Shown here piece after piece: positions 48,777-59,782 of a stretch of DNA of 64,000 nt. The DNA comes from Chloroflexota bacterium. Lineage in GTDB: Bacteria; Chloroflexota; UBA11872; VXOZ01. A program made the translations under genes and the position numbers. The notes under the pieces are model-generated. The model was not told the origin of the DNA. It was given only the letters and a program-made list of their open reading frames with translations, and did no database searches. Numbering within the stretch: the stretch's first letter is position 1; each line of letters starts with the position of its first letter. Location of the stretch: NCBI GenBank assembly GCA_964291655.2, contig OZ219801.1:64001-128000 (forward strand), given 5' to 3'.

Positions 48777-50228
48777 GTGACTATCTCCATACAGCACATC
48801 GACCTCAACGTCCTCAATATGAAGACGCGCATGCCGTTTCGCTACGGTATAGCCTCTTTAGAGTCCGTCCCTCACCTCTTTCTGCGCGTGACGGCAAAAA
48901 TTGGCGGTGCAACGGCTATGGGAGTCTCAGCCGAAGGCCTGCCGCCGAAATGGTTTACGAAGAACCCTGACACGTCCTTTGCCGAAGACCTCGACGAGAT
49001 GCTTACAGTGATCCGGCAAGCGGTGACGTTTGCGCTGGATTCACCAGCGGCGAGTAGCCCATTCGACCTGTGGCAAGGGATTTTCCAACGCCAATCGACA
49101 TGGGCAGCCGAGACTGATTACCCACCCCTCCTATGGGGGTTTGGCGTAAGCATGGTTGAGCGGGCATTGATCGACGCTTTCTGCCGCGCTACCGGGAGAA
49201 CTCTTGCGCAGGCCATGCGAGACAACTCACTCGGGGTCCGCCTCGATGCCCTTCATGGAGAACTCAGCGGATACGAACCTGCTGACCTACTGCCAAAACA
49301 CGCCAATCGCACGATGATCATTCGGCATACTGTCGGCTTGGCCGATCCGCTAACCGACAGCGAGGTCCCGCAAGATGAGCGCCTGACCGACGGCTTGCCG
49401 CAATCGTTAGAGGCAAGCGTGCAATTCTATGGTCTTACCCATCTCAAGATCAAGCTATCGGGCGACACCGACGTTGATGTCGAGCGCTTGCAGCGCATTG
49501 CCCGGATTGTGGAAACCCACGCGTCCGCTGGCTATGCCCATACTTTGGACGGCAACGAGTTCTATACGGAAGTGGGTCCGTTTCAGCGTTTCTGGGAGAC
49601 GATTCAGTCCGAGTCTACGCTCCGCTCCTTCCTCGATCGTGCGCTCTTCGTGGAGCAGCCGTTCCATCGAGACGTAGCTCTAAGTGATTCCGTACGTTTG
49701 GATCTCCAGCGGTGGCACGGCCGGCCCCCATTGATCATCGATGAGTCAGATGGGGAGTTGAACAGCATCGCCGCTGCGCTGGATTGCGGCTATGCCGGCG
49801 GCAGTCACAAGAACTGCAAGGGTGTCTTTCGCGGGATCGCGAATGCCTGCTTGCTCGAGCACTACCGGCAGCACAATCCCAAGCAGGCCTACATCTTAAG
49901 CAGTGAGGACCTTTGCAGTGTGGGTCCGGTTGCCATGATCCAAGACCTCACTGTGGCAGCGAACCTGGGAATCGACCACGCGGAACGCAACGGACATCAC
50001 TATTTTGCGGGGCTCAGCATGTATCCGCAGCGCGTCCAGGCGCACGTGCTGGCAAACCACGGCACGATTTATCGCCGTCACGATGAGGGGTTTCCGGCGC
50101 TCGACGTGCGCGACGGTCGGGTGGACGTATCGAGTATCGTGGACGCGCCGTTCGGGTACGGCTTTGACCTCGATACGGCACAGTTCACACCTCTGGACGA
50201 ATGGAACGTAGATTCCTTGGAAGACTGA
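48777..50228 (+). CDS. Uncharacterised enolase-superfamily (mandelate racemase-like) protein
   Basis: RMPFRYG, KIK, DGNE, EQP, IDES and HKNCKG: the K-x-K motif and three acidic Mg ligands occur in the expected order. Confidence 0.7.
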   Translation: MTISIQHIDLNVLNMKTRMPFRYGIASLESVPHLFLRVTAKIGGATAMGVSAEGLPPKWFTKNPDTSFAEDLDEMLTVIRQAVTFALDSPAASSPFDLWQGIFQRQSTWAAETDYPPLLWGFGVSMVERALIDAFCRATGRTLAQAMRDNSLGVRLDALHGELSGYEPADLLPKHANRTMIIRHTVGLADPLTDSEVPQDERLTDGLPQSLEASVQFYGLTHLKIKLSGDTDVDVERLQRIARIVETHASAGYAHTLDGNEFYTEVGPFQRFWETIQSESTLRSFLDRALFVEQPFHRDVALSDSVRLDLQRWHGRPPLIIDESDGELNSIAAALDCGYAGGSHKNCKGVFRGIANACLLEHYRQHNPKQAYILSSEDLCSVGPVAMIQDLTVAANLGIDHAERNGHHYFAGLSMYPQRVQAHVLANHGTIYRRHDEGFPALDVRDGRVDVSSIVDAPFGYGFDLDTAQFTPLDEWNVDSLED

Positions 50229-50259
50229 GCCGGTGTCGAGAATTGTCGGTATCCTGCCG

Positions 50260-50682
50260 CTAGCCCCCTTCCTGAGCAAGGAGCAGGATGTGCCCGTTGC
50301 AGTCTTCGATTTCGAATTCGCGCAGCCCCCATGGCTTCTTGACCGGACCGTCCTCGTACTCCGGTCTAATCGTGACTCCTCTCCGCCGGTACTCTGCGAA
50401 CAGCTCATCGATCAGCACACAGTGAATATACGTGTATCCAGCCGTAGTCGGTTCAGTGCCGTGGCGGCGACGGTAGCCGGTGAAACGCATACGCTGCACG
50501 CTCTTGCCTCCCCCGCCGCCTATTGAGACTCGAGCATGACCCCCACGCGCCATATCCACAAAGTCGAGCGTAAAGCCTAGAATCTCGCAGTACCACGACG
50601 CGGTTGCTTCAACATCTGCTACTTCTAGCACTGGCTGGATGCCATAGAAGCGATATCTCTCTGCATCGATGGGAGCTTTCAT
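50260..50682 (-). CDS. VOC / glyoxalase-bleomycin resistance family protein
   Basis: PVLEVADV....WY..ILGF and PWGLREFEIEDCNGH. Confidence 0.87.
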   Translation of the reverse strand: MKAPIDAERYRFYGIQPVLEVADVEATASWYCEILGFTLDFVDMARGGHARVSIGGGGGKSVQRMRFTGYRRRHGTEPTTAGYTYIHCVLIDELFAEYRRRGVTIRPEYEDGPVKKPWGLREFEIEDCNGHILLLAQEGG

Positions 50683-50736
50683 AGGACTTCCTTGGAGTTC
50701 TTGACTGGATCGACACGCCCAGCTCTAAGGTACCCT

Positions 50737-51813
50737 CTACGGTTGGAACGGCTTCCCCAGCCGGATGACGCGTTCCGCTCGTGCGTACCAGCCTTGGGGA
50801 GCAAAGTCGGACGTGTGTAGGTAGCACTGCACGCGCACTTCATCGCTGCCCGCGGTAAAGGTGAGAAGCCGGCTCATCGGCAACGTTGTGCGTCCAGCGT
50901 GGTGGCGCGCGAGCGCAGCGCAGTTGATGAAGTTCACGTCCCATTTCCGTTCAATGTGCGACCGTCCGCCATGCCGGTCGTCAGGATGGGTGTGCGTATG
51001 GCCGCCGAGCCAAAGGTCGATCGCCCCCGGCCGCTCTGCCAGGTATCGCTCGAATGCCTGGGCGTCCGGGTGTTCATCCAAGAAGTACAAGTACGAAGCC
51101 CCTGCCGGCCCGCCGTCGGCAAAGTAGCCGTGGTAGTGCCCGCGCCATGCGCCGCTCTCATCCTTGCGGTAACCTTCCCAGGGCCCTGAAGCCACCGTAG
51201 TTTCCTTGAGCATGTGGTGATGTGCGGAAACTATGATGCAATCTGGATTTGACTCTACAATTTCACGCCACCAGGTGAAAGTCTCGCCGGTCACCGCTCC
51301 CGATGGGTAGCCTCCACCGCTTGGATTGCGTCCCACCGGTGGCGGCAAATCGTTGCGGTCGCCCATCATGAGAAAGAGCATGTTGCCGACACGAATTGCA
51401 TACCGCTCCCACGTTCCCTCGATGGGATACGGTCGCTGCGCCGCGTTCACCCCGGAGAACTGACGACTTTCACCCGTGGGGTCAACCCACTTGCGGAACC
51501 ACCATTGGGTCGGTTCCGCATGGAACGTAGCATCATGGTTGCCCACCAGGTTGTAAAAGTGCTCGCGTCGGTGGTGTTGCGCCGCGCCGAACTGGCGCAC
51601 AACTTCCTCACCTTCCGCATCGTCAGGCGAGCCTTGATTGCCGGAGAGGTCGCCGAGATGCAGCATGATGTCCCAGTGAAACGTCGGTCCTCCTTCAGCT
51701 CCGCCAAACTCCGACTGCCGAATCGCCTCGGCCAAGCTTTCGCGGCCAAACCTCTTGTCTGTGCCTACATGCGCGCAGCCGGTAGCCCAAACTGAAAATG
51801 TCTCCACTGGCAT
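50737..51813 (-). CDS. Calcineurin-like metallophosphoesterase
   Basis: HLGD, GNHD, HH and GHTH motifs. Motif I reads GCAH instead of D-x-H. Confidence 0.8.
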   Translation of the reverse strand: MPVETFSVWATGCAHVGTDKRFGRESLAEAIRQSEFGGAEGGPTFHWDIMLHLGDLSGNQGSPDDAEGEEVVRQFGAAQHHRREHFYNLVGNHDATFHAEPTQWWFRKWVDPTGESRQFSGVNAAQRPYPIEGTWERYAIRVGNMLFLMMGDRNDLPPPVGRNPSGGGYPSGAVTGETFTWWREIVESNPDCIIVSAHHHMLKETTVASGPWEGYRKDESGAWRGHYHGYFADGGPAGASYLYFLDEHPDAQAFERYLAERPGAIDLWLGGHTHTHPDDRHGGRSHIERKWDVNFINCAALARHHAGRTTLPMSRLLTFTAGSDEVRVQCYLHTSDFAPQGWYARAERVIRLGKPFQP

Positions 51814-52172
51814 GTGCTTTCCTTCATTTTCCGCAAGCAAGGGAATTTGAAACTGTGCACCCATTCAGGCCATTATGTAAATATGACTTCGCCGGGCCGG
51901 TGCGGCGGGAGCGTGCCTACACTGCGTACTCTTCCACCTTCTAGTGTTCGAGCGCGCTGCACACCAGCATCTCAATGGTAAACACAACCCATCGAGGCCG
52001 CAAAGACATCCCATCTGAGAATCGCTATCATAAAGGGCAGCAACTTAGCTGCAAGATGCACAGCTAGACACAAGGGTAAGATCCCTCACCCCCGCAGATC
52101 GGGTGCGGCATGAGTTCAGAATCTTCGATCGGGCATTCCGCCCGAATCCATAGCGACACGCAGGGAGGATGG

Positions 52173-53732
52173 ATGGGAGGCAAGTTTCTCTCAATCGATC
52201 AGGCGGTATGGCTCATCCAGGATGGCGCTGCCATTGGCGTGGGCGGATTCGTCGGTATCGGACATCCGGAGGCGCTTTCCGCGGCAGTAGAGCGGCGCTT
52301 CTTGCAGACCGGAGAACCACGGAATTTGACGCTCATGTATGGCGCCGGGCAGGGCGACCGCGAGACGCGCGGCCTCAACCACTTTGGCCACGAGGGGCTT
52401 GTCAAGCGTATTATCGGCGGTCACTGGGGTCTGGCGCCGAAGTTGTGCCAGCTCGTCCTCGACGGCAAGATTGAAGGTTACAATTTTCCCCAGGGCGTCA
52501 TCATTCATCTCTTTCGCGACACCGCCGCGGGCAAGCCCGGCACGATTACCCACGTTGGCCTTCACACGTTTGTAGACCCGCGTCAGGAAGGGGGACGGGT
52601 CAACCCAGCCTCCACACCCGACCAATTGGTGCAACTTTTAGAATTGAACGGAAAAGAGCACCTCTTCTATCCGCGCATTCAACTGGACGTCGGATTCATA
52701 CGGGGCACCACTGCCGATCCCGACGGCAACATCAGCATGGAACGCGAAGCCGTGTACGGCGAGATGCTCAGTGTGGCTCAGGCTGTGCATAACTGTGGCG
52801 GCACCGTAATCGCGCAGGTAGAGCGCACGATATCCACTCCCTTGCCCACACGCGAGATCAAGATTCCCGGCATTCTGGTAGATGTCGTAGCGGTGGCCGA
52901 CCCGGCCGAGCACTGGCAGACGTTTAGTGAAGACTTCAATCCAGCGTACGTCTCAGAGACCCGCGGTGAGGCGCCGGAGTTCCCTCCGCATGTCCTCGAT
53001 GAACGCAAGATTATCGCCCGCCGGGCCGCAATTGAGCTGCAAAAGGGAGACATTGTAAACCTTGGCATTGGCTTGCCGGAGAGTGTGGCAGCGGTAGCCG
53101 CGGAAGAAAGCATCATTGCTGACCTTGTGATGACTGTTGAAAGCGGCGCGATTGGGGGCATTCCGGCCGGCGGTCTCTCTTTTGGAGCTTCGTTTATGCC
53201 CACGGCGCTGATCGACACGCCTTACATGTTCGACTTTTATGACGGCGGGGGGCTGGATATCGCCTGCTTAGGCGCAGCGCAGATTGATGCCGCCGGCAAC
53301 GTAAACGTCAGCCGTTTTGGGGGCGTCATCCCGGGCGCAGGCGGCTTTGTGAACATAAGCCACAATGCCAAACGCATCGTATTCTGCGGCACGTTCACGG
53401 CTGGCGGTCTGGAGGTCATGATCCAAGACGACGCACTGCAAATCGCCCGCGAAGGCAAACACCCGAAGCTGGTGCAAGCGGTCGAGCAAATCACCTTCAA
53501 CGGTGCCTACGCACGCTCGCTGGGGCGCGCCATAACGTACGTTACCGAGCGTGCAGTCTTTACACTCACAGATCAGGGACTTACCCTCACGGAGATTGCA
53601 CCCGGCGTGGATCTGGAAAGAGACCTGCTCGCACACATGGCTTTTCGGCCTCATATCTCTCCCGATCTGTGCCCTATGGATTTACGCCTCTTCCGCGTAG
53701 AGCCCATGGGCCTGGCCGAGAAGTTCAGATAG
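52173..53732 (+). CDS. Acyl-CoA:acetate/3-ketoacid CoA-transferase (YdiF/Pct type)
   Basis: GHWG, YNFPQG, GLHTFVDPR, NLGIG, VESG (catalytic Glu), FDFYDGGGLD, GNVNVS. Confidence 0.92.
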   Translation: MGGKFLSIDQAVWLIQDGAAIGVGGFVGIGHPEALSAAVERRFLQTGEPRNLTLMYGAGQGDRETRGLNHFGHEGLVKRIIGGHWGLAPKLCQLVLDGKIEGYNFPQGVIIHLFRDTAAGKPGTITHVGLHTFVDPRQEGGRVNPASTPDQLVQLLELNGKEHLFYPRIQLDVGFIRGTTADPDGNISMEREAVYGEMLSVAQAVHNCGGTVIAQVERTISTPLPTREIKIPGILVDVVAVADPAEHWQTFSEDFNPAYVSETRGEAPEFPPHVLDERKIIARRAAIELQKGDIVNLGIGLPESVAAVAAEESIIADLVMTVESGAIGGIPAGGLSFGASFMPTALIDTPYMFDFYDGGGLDIACLGAAQIDAAGNVNVSRFGGVIPGAGGFVNISHNAKRIVFCGTFTAGGLEVMIQDDALQIAREGKHPKLVQAVEQITFNGAYARSLGRAITYVTERAVFTLTDQGLTLTEIAPGVDLERDLLAHMAFRPHISPDLCPMDLRLFRVEPMGLAEKFR

Positions 53733-53755
53733 CCAGAAGTCGTCTTGTTGCAGTC

Positions 53756-54580
53756 ATGGGGAATCTCTTGGGTCTCGAGGCGGATAAAGCTCTTCTACAG
53801 GGAAAGCACATCAAGGGGCTCTTGCTCGACCTGGACGGTACGCTCTACTTCAAAGGTGTGCAGATTCCGCGCGCCGACCAGGCTCTCGTTGCGCTCAGAG
53901 AGATGGGAATTCGGGTGTGTTTCCTTACAAATATCGACTCGAAAACCGCGAGTACCATCCATCGCGAGTTAGCTGCAATGGGCTTGGCGATTGAGAAAGA
54001 GACGATATTCAGTGCCGCCAGCGCCGGAGTGCGTTTCTTGATGCAGCGCCCTGACAAGCGCAGCTATTGTCTGGTCTCAAACGAATTGGCCGCCGAGTTT
54101 GCACCTTTTCTTGCCGGTGAGGGTGCCGTAGACTATGTAATTGTCGGAGACTTTCGCGATTCCGTAAGTTACGAAGTCCTCAACACGGCCTTCCGCCATG
54201 TCATGGAAGGCGCTGAGATCATAGCTCTACAAAAGGGTAGGTACTTCGTGAACACTGAAGGTAAAAACCTGGATACGGGAGCCTTCGTGCAGCTCTTGGA
54301 GTATGGCTCCGGCAAGACTGCCAGAGTCCTTGGGAAGCCGTCACCGGACTTCTTCAGAATGGCAGCAGCGCAGGTTGGATGCTCTCCCGAGGAAATCGCC
54401 GTTGTGGGAGATGACGTGACTACTGACATCGTTGGAGCACGTGCGCTAGGCGCGCTGAGTGTGCTGGTCCGCACAGGAAAGTACTCAGATGAGACTCTGG
54501 CGTGCTCCGCCGTCAAGCCCAATCTGATTGTAGATTCCATCGCCGACGTGCCACAGCTTCTTGCTGAGATTGCACGATGA
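53756..54580 (+). CDS. HAD-superfamily subfamily IIA hydrolase (LHPP/NagD-like)
   Basis: DLDGTL, LTN, GKPS, VGDD..TDI. Confidence 0.9.
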   Translation: MGNLLGLEADKALLQGKHIKGLLLDLDGTLYFKGVQIPRADQALVALREMGIRVCFLTNIDSKTASTIHRELAAMGLAIEKETIFSAASAGVRFLMQRPDKRSYCLVSNELAAEFAPFLAGEGAVDYVIVGDFRDSVSYEVLNTAFRHVMEGAEIIALQKGRYFVNTEGKNLDTGAFVQLLEYGSGKTARVLGKPSPDFFRMAAAQVGCSPEEIAVVGDDVTTDIVGARALGALSVLVRTGKYSDETLACSAVKPNLIVDSIADVPQLLAEIAR

Positions 54581-54727
54581 AGGGTGCGCAAGCGCGCACA
54601 GCCGTAAGCACATGGGCTTCTTTCAGTAGGAATCATTGCGAGCAGACCATGGATTCAAGGGAGGCAACAAGCAAACAGTTCAGAACTAGCAGACCCTGAC
54701 TTGATAGAATCGAAAGGCTGCATCTTG

Positions 54728-54818
54728 TATTATTCCGAGCGCAGCGTCGAACAGGGTTCGCGGAATCTCGAAGTCCTCGCACCCTAGATTCTTCGTCGCT
54801 GCGCTCCTCAGAATGACA
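54728..54818. repeat. Inverted pair of TGTC-type REP elements
   Basis: A degenerate copy at 54728-54768 and a reverse copy TGTCATTCTGAGGAGCGCAGCGACGAAGAATCT at 54786-54818. Confidence 0.7.
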
Positions 54819-55070
54819 GATTGTCGAACTGCGTCGGGCGTGCACCTGTGCGGCGTTTCGCAAGTTCGCACGGTGTAAGTCAAATTCTACTTACTTGAGA
54901 ACTGATCCTATGAATAGAGGGAGTCTTGAATATCGGATACATGGGGCACACCCTTAGGATGAATGTTTTCACTCCCCGGGGAGACCATGCGTGAATCCGA
55001 CCAGAGGCAAGCTAAATGCTCACTCTCTCTGGGAAGTACACTGCAAAACCCAAACCTGTTGGCGAGGAAA

Positions 55071-55105
55071 CCCCCTCTCCCTTGAGTGAGGGTTGGGGTG
55101 AGGGG
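55071..55105. repeat. REP-like element of the CCCTCTCC family
   Basis: CCCCCTCTCCCTTGAGTGAGGGTTGGGGTGAGGGG matches the element split by IS1182. Confidence 0.7.
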
Positions 55106-55278
55106 ATGTTCTTAGACATTTACCCAGGGGCGCACACATGGCAAGATTGCCGACAATGTGATGATGGAAGGCTAAGAAAGCCAATTAAAGGTCAATCATC
55201 TCGACACATGCAAAAGAGCGTCAAGAATAGTCCAACCAGCCCATCGCTTTCACCAACCCTCGGAGGATAGAAGGGAAC

Positions 55279-56472
55279 ATGAACAGTCAACAGCCGGTAA
55301 TCCTGGCCGCTGCCCGCACGCCGATTGGGAAATTCGGCGGCGCGCTGAGTGAACTCGCGGCTCCTGAATTAGGTGTAGTTGCCTCACAGGCGGCGTTGGC
55401 GCGGGCAGAGATCGCGCCCGACGAAATACAGGTTTCGATTTTCGGTCAAGTTTACCAGGGCGGCAGCGGCATGAATCCGGCGCGACAGGTTAGCATTCGC
55501 GCCGGCGTGCCTGAAGGGTCGCCGGCCATGACCATCAACCAGGTCTGTGCATCGGGACTGCAAGCCGTTGGGCTTGCCGCCCAGTACATTCGCCTGGGGG
55601 AAATCGATGTGGCCTTAGCCGGCGGCATGGAATGTATGAGCCAAGCCCCCTATGTGTTACCCGATGCACGGTGGGGCAGCAAGCTGGGACATGCCAGAGT
55701 CGTGGATACCCTCCTTGGCGACGGCCTCTGGGATGCCTTTGCCGACTGCCACATGGCGACCACCGCCGATGCCCTCGCGCAGGAATATGGCATTTCGCGG
55801 GAAGCGCAAGACGAGTATGCGCTGGAGAGCCAGCAACGCTACGCAGCCGCGCGGCGGGCTTGCTTCCTTTCTGGCGAGATAGTCCCTGTTTCGGTGCCCC
55901 AGCGCCGCGGTGCACCAAGAGTCATAGACGATGATGAATACCCCCGGCCGGATACAGACCGAGAAGCGTTGGCCTCGCTCCGACCGGCTTTCAAAGACGT
56001 TACGACCATCACCGCCGGCAACGCCTCCGGCATCAACGACGGTGCGGCTGCCGTCGTGGTGGCATCCGCAGAGTGGGCGCAAGCGCACAATCGGCAGCCG
56101 CTTGCCATCCTCAGGGAGGTCACGACCACCGGCGTTGCACCGGTGCGCATGGGTATCGGGCCGGCCAAGGCAATTCGAATCCTCCTTGAGAAGACCGGAC
56201 TTACTCTGGACGACATTGACCTACTCGAAGTCAACGAAGCCTTCGCCGCGCAAGTGCTCTCAGTCGAAGCCGAACTTAAGTGGGACCGCTCACGGGTGAA
56301 CGTAAATGGCGGCGCTATTGCCGTCGGTCACCCGGTCGGCGCCAGCGGCGCCCGCATATTGGGTACGCTGATCTTCGAAATGGAACGCCGCAACGTGCGG
56401 CGGGGCATTGCCGCGCTGTGCGCTGGCGGCGGCATGGGCATCGCCGCGTTGGTGGAACGAGAGGTGCACTAG
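55279..56472 (+). CDS. Acetyl-CoA C-acetyltransferase (thiolase, PhaA/AtoB-like)
   Basis: RTPIG, NQVCASG, GNASGINDGAA, NEAFA, GHPVGASG, LCAGGG. Confidence 0.95.
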   Translation: MNSQQPVILAAARTPIGKFGGALSELAAPELGVVASQAALARAEIAPDEIQVSIFGQVYQGGSGMNPARQVSIRAGVPEGSPAMTINQVCASGLQAVGLAAQYIRLGEIDVALAGGMECMSQAPYVLPDARWGSKLGHARVVDTLLGDGLWDAFADCHMATTADALAQEYGISREAQDEYALESQQRYAAARRACFLSGEIVPVSVPQRRGAPRVIDDDEYPRPDTDREALASLRPAFKDVTTITAGNASGINDGAAAVVVASAEWAQAHNRQPLAILREVTTTGVAPVRMGIGPAKAIRILLEKTGLTLDDIDLLEVNEAFAAQVLSVEAELKWDRSRVNVNGGAIAVGHPVGASGARILGTLIFEMERRNVRRGIAALCAGGGMGIAALVEREVH

Positions 56473-56476
56473 CTTC

Positions 56477-57235
<759 letters not shown>

Positions 57236-57261
57236 GAATATATCATGGGTTCGGTTCCGAC

Positions 57262-57283
57262 GTAGCGCGGGGGCTTGTCCCCC
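57262..57283. repeat. GTAG-type REP (second family)
   Basis: GTAGCGCGGGGGCTTGTCCCCC; compare 34401-34424. Confidence 0.65.
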
Positions 57284-57328
57284 AATCTGCCTGAGAACAC
57301 GACCTCTAGGCCCGAAAGGAAACGTCCG

Positions 57329-57991
57329 ATGCTCATCGACACCGCACAATTCAAGACCAAACACCTCGCCGCCGACGACGTGCTTCCACCCGAGAAGACC
57401 GCGCTCATCATCGTGGACATGATGCGGCGCTTCTGCGATCCGACTTGGCTGGGAAGCGGTAGCAAAGAGAGCGAGCAGTGGTTTACGGCGGAATTGCAGA
57501 CTGTGATCCCCAACCTGCGCTCGATCCTGGACGCCTTTCGCGCCTCCGGCGGCCTCGTGGTCCATGTCGTTAATGCCAAATGGACCGAGGAGGCGCGCGA
57601 GGCCGTGCCCTACCAGCGGGGCCGCGACTACGATTACTTCGACTCCCACGCCATGTCCGTGACCGACGAACTTGCTCCTCAACGCGACGAGATCGTCGTA
57701 CGGAAGCTGACGAGCTCCGCCTTCACCGGCACGGGTCTTGACTACATGCTCAACAACGCGGGCATAAAGAATGTGGTCCTCACCGGACAGTATGGTGGTG
57801 CCTGTGTGTTCTACAGCCTCATCCAGAGCCGAGAATACGGCTTCACCAATTACTGGCCCAGTGACGCCATTCTCCACGCCTCGGCCCTTGATCAAGCCAT
57901 GATTACACCGCTGGTGGGCACACGCTGGGCGACGTTAGCTACCTCCGCGCAGGTCGCGCAGGCAATCACCGGTCAGCGCACTTCGGCGTGA
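57329..57991 (+). CDS. Isochorismatase-family cysteine hydrolase
   Basis: TALIIVDM, RK..SAF.GT and G....ACV give the Asp-Lys-Cys triad. Confidence 0.88.
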   Translation: MLIDTAQFKTKHLAADDVLPPEKTALIIVDMMRRFCDPTWLGSGSKESEQWFTAELQTVIPNLRSILDAFRASGGLVVHVVNAKWTEEAREAVPYQRGRDYDYFDSHAMSVTDELAPQRDEIVVRKLTSSAFTGTGLDYMLNNAGIKNVVLTGQYGGACVFYSLIQSREYGFTNYWPSDAILHASALDQAMITPLVGTRWATLATSAQVAQAITGQRTSA

Positions 57992-58055
57992 AGGGCCACT
58001 CCACGTTACTGTTTTCAAATGCCGACCAGGAATAGATTGAACGGTCCGACCTGCC

Positions 58056-58082
58056 CGTCACTCCCGTGAAAACGGGAATCCA
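58056..58082. repeat. CGTC-type REP palindrome
   Basis: CGTCACTCCCGTGAAAACGGGAATCCA; compare the copy inside herA. Confidence 0.7.
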
Positions 58083-58240
58083 TCTCTTCCGCGCATAGAG
58101 GATTTCCCCTGCCAGTCTGTTCGCAGGTACGAGTCTTGTTCTGAGCCACCGTTGCAATGCACACTCAATTGAGCCGGCACTCCCATCCCGTCGCGCCGCC
58201 AAGCAACGCGCTTTGGCACAGGACTTCGCTTCAATTCTGC

Positions 58241-58269
58241 TTGACACTCGGCAAATGCGCTGCTAATCT
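58241..58269 (+). promoter_or_regulatory. Sigma70-type promoter
   Basis: TTGACA-17 bp-TAATCT with an extended TG. AGGAG RBS precedes ATG at 58313. Confidence 0.65.
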
Positions 58270-58312
58270 GCAACCATCCGGTTGGTTGGAGCATCCACAG
58301 AGGAGCTTTCAA

Positions 58313-59698
58313 ATGACACGACGAAAAGTGCTACTCGGACTTGGTTCCGGCGCAAGTTTGGCGCTCTTGGCGGCCTGCGGTCAGGCAACGATGACGTCCG
58401 ATGAGGCGCCGGCAGCCGCAGAAGAGACGGAGGCTAAGGCGGAAGAGCAGCCTGCCGCTCCTGAGACTTACGAAATCCGGGTCTTTACAACGGCTACATG
58501 GGACCTCAGCCAGGGCATTGGGCTAGAGGTTGTGCAGGAGTTGGAAGAAGCGAACCCCGGCATCACCGTAAACGCCACGGCGGAGTCCGGCAACCGCATG
58601 GACAAGATGGTGACGGCCGTCGCCGCCGGTTTTGGCCTCGATGTCGGCCAGGCGGGTTCGTGGCAGTCCCAGACATTGGCCGTGCTCAAGGTACCGCATG
58701 GCCTCGACTCTTACATGGCGGCCTCAGACGTTATCAAGAAAGAGGAGATTTGGGAATCGCTGCGCGGCGACCTGGAGTGGAAGGGCGTTGTGCATGGCAT
58801 GCCCTTCGGACCCGACATCCGCTTCCTCTACGTCGGTAATAAAGCCTACCTCGACGCGGGATTAGACCCCGAGAATCCACCAGCATCGTGGACTGATCTT
58901 GAAGACGCAATCTCGACGCTCTACACCGTGAGCGGTGACAAGATTGAGAAACTGGGGTTCGACCCCTTGCGCGGCACCGGCGGCAACCACCTTTGGATGG
59001 TTCCCATGTGGCAGTTGGGCGGTGATACTACTTCCCCCGAGGGACTCGTCACTCTTGACACGCCCGAGGCTGAAGAGGCCCTGAACTGGCAGAAGCGCAA
59101 TATCTACGATGCCCAGGGCGGCTACAACCAGGTGTTGGATTTTTGGGGAGAAGCAGCCCGCTATCCGGCTTACTTCCAACCGTTCTTCCAGGGCGTGGTC
59201 GGCAATATGCACCTGACCAATTCTGAGCGAGCCACCCAGATTTGGCCGAACAATCCTGACTTTGAATTCAGCTTTGGCCCGTATCCTGTCCCTGAAGGCG
59301 GTCGCCAGGCCGGCTACGGCGGTTGCCATACCTGGTTCCTGACCGTTGACTCGCCGGATCCGGAAAAGGGTTGGAAGTTCCTCGAGCACTTTGGCAGTGC
59401 GGGCGTAAATGTCCGGTGGGCGCAGCACTTCGATCGTTTGCCGATTCGCGCTGATGTGGCCAATGACGAGGAATATCATCAGGGCGACGAATTCGTGCTC
59501 TTCGCGGCTAACATGATGCAGCACCGCAAATTTGTCATACCCTTGCCGGGCGCGCCCCAGGTTCTCTCGTTTGTCAACGGTTTCGTGCCTGACGTCATGG
59601 CGGGTAACCGCACGATCCCCGAAGCTCTCAAGGAAGCCGAAGAGCAGGTCCAGACTATCCTCGACGACTTCTTGGCTGAACACGGCGAAACGCGGTAG
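58313..59698 (+). CDS. Extracellular solute-binding lipoprotein (ABC family 1, Tat/lipoprotein)
   Basis: MTRRKVLLG..LAAC, Ala/Glu linker, GMPF, PPASWTDL, GPYPVP. Confidence 0.9.
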   Translation: MTRRKVLLGLGSGASLALLAACGQATMTSDEAPAAAEETEAKAEEQPAAPETYEIRVFTTATWDLSQGIGLEVVQELEEANPGITVNATAESGNRMDKMVTAVAAGFGLDVGQAGSWQSQTLAVLKVPHGLDSYMAASDVIKKEEIWESLRGDLEWKGVVHGMPFGPDIRFLYVGNKAYLDAGLDPENPPASWTDLEDAISTLYTVSGDKIEKLGFDPLRGTGGNHLWMVPMWQLGGDTTSPEGLVTLDTPEAEEALNWQKRNIYDAQGGYNQVLDFWGEAARYPAYFQPFFQGVVGNMHLTNSERATQIWPNNPDFEFSFGPYPVPEGGRQAGYGGCHTWFLTVDSPDPEKGWKFLEHFGSAGVNVRWAQHFDRLPIRADVANDEEYHQGDEFVLFAANMMQHRKFVIPLPGAPQVLSFVNGFVPDVMAGNRTIPEALKEAEEQVQTILDDFLAEHGETR

Positions 59699-59729
59699 GT
59701 CCTGCCCATCAACTCGTAGCGTCAACGGA

Positions 59730-59759
59730 GAAGGAGGAGGTCAGGCGGCCTCCTCCTTC
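59730..59759 (+). terminator. 13-bp stem-loop after the solute-binding protein gene (terminator or mRNA stabiliser)
   Basis: GAAGGAGGAGGTC-AGGC-GGCCTCCTCCTTC, with no strong U tract. Confidence 0.55.
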
Positions 59760-59782
59760 CGCACTTCAACGAAAGGTGTCTC

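Noticed and set aside
55033-55105. Possible left end of a second MITE (..CTGCAAAACCC followed by a REP)
   Set aside because: No matching right inverted repeat was found.
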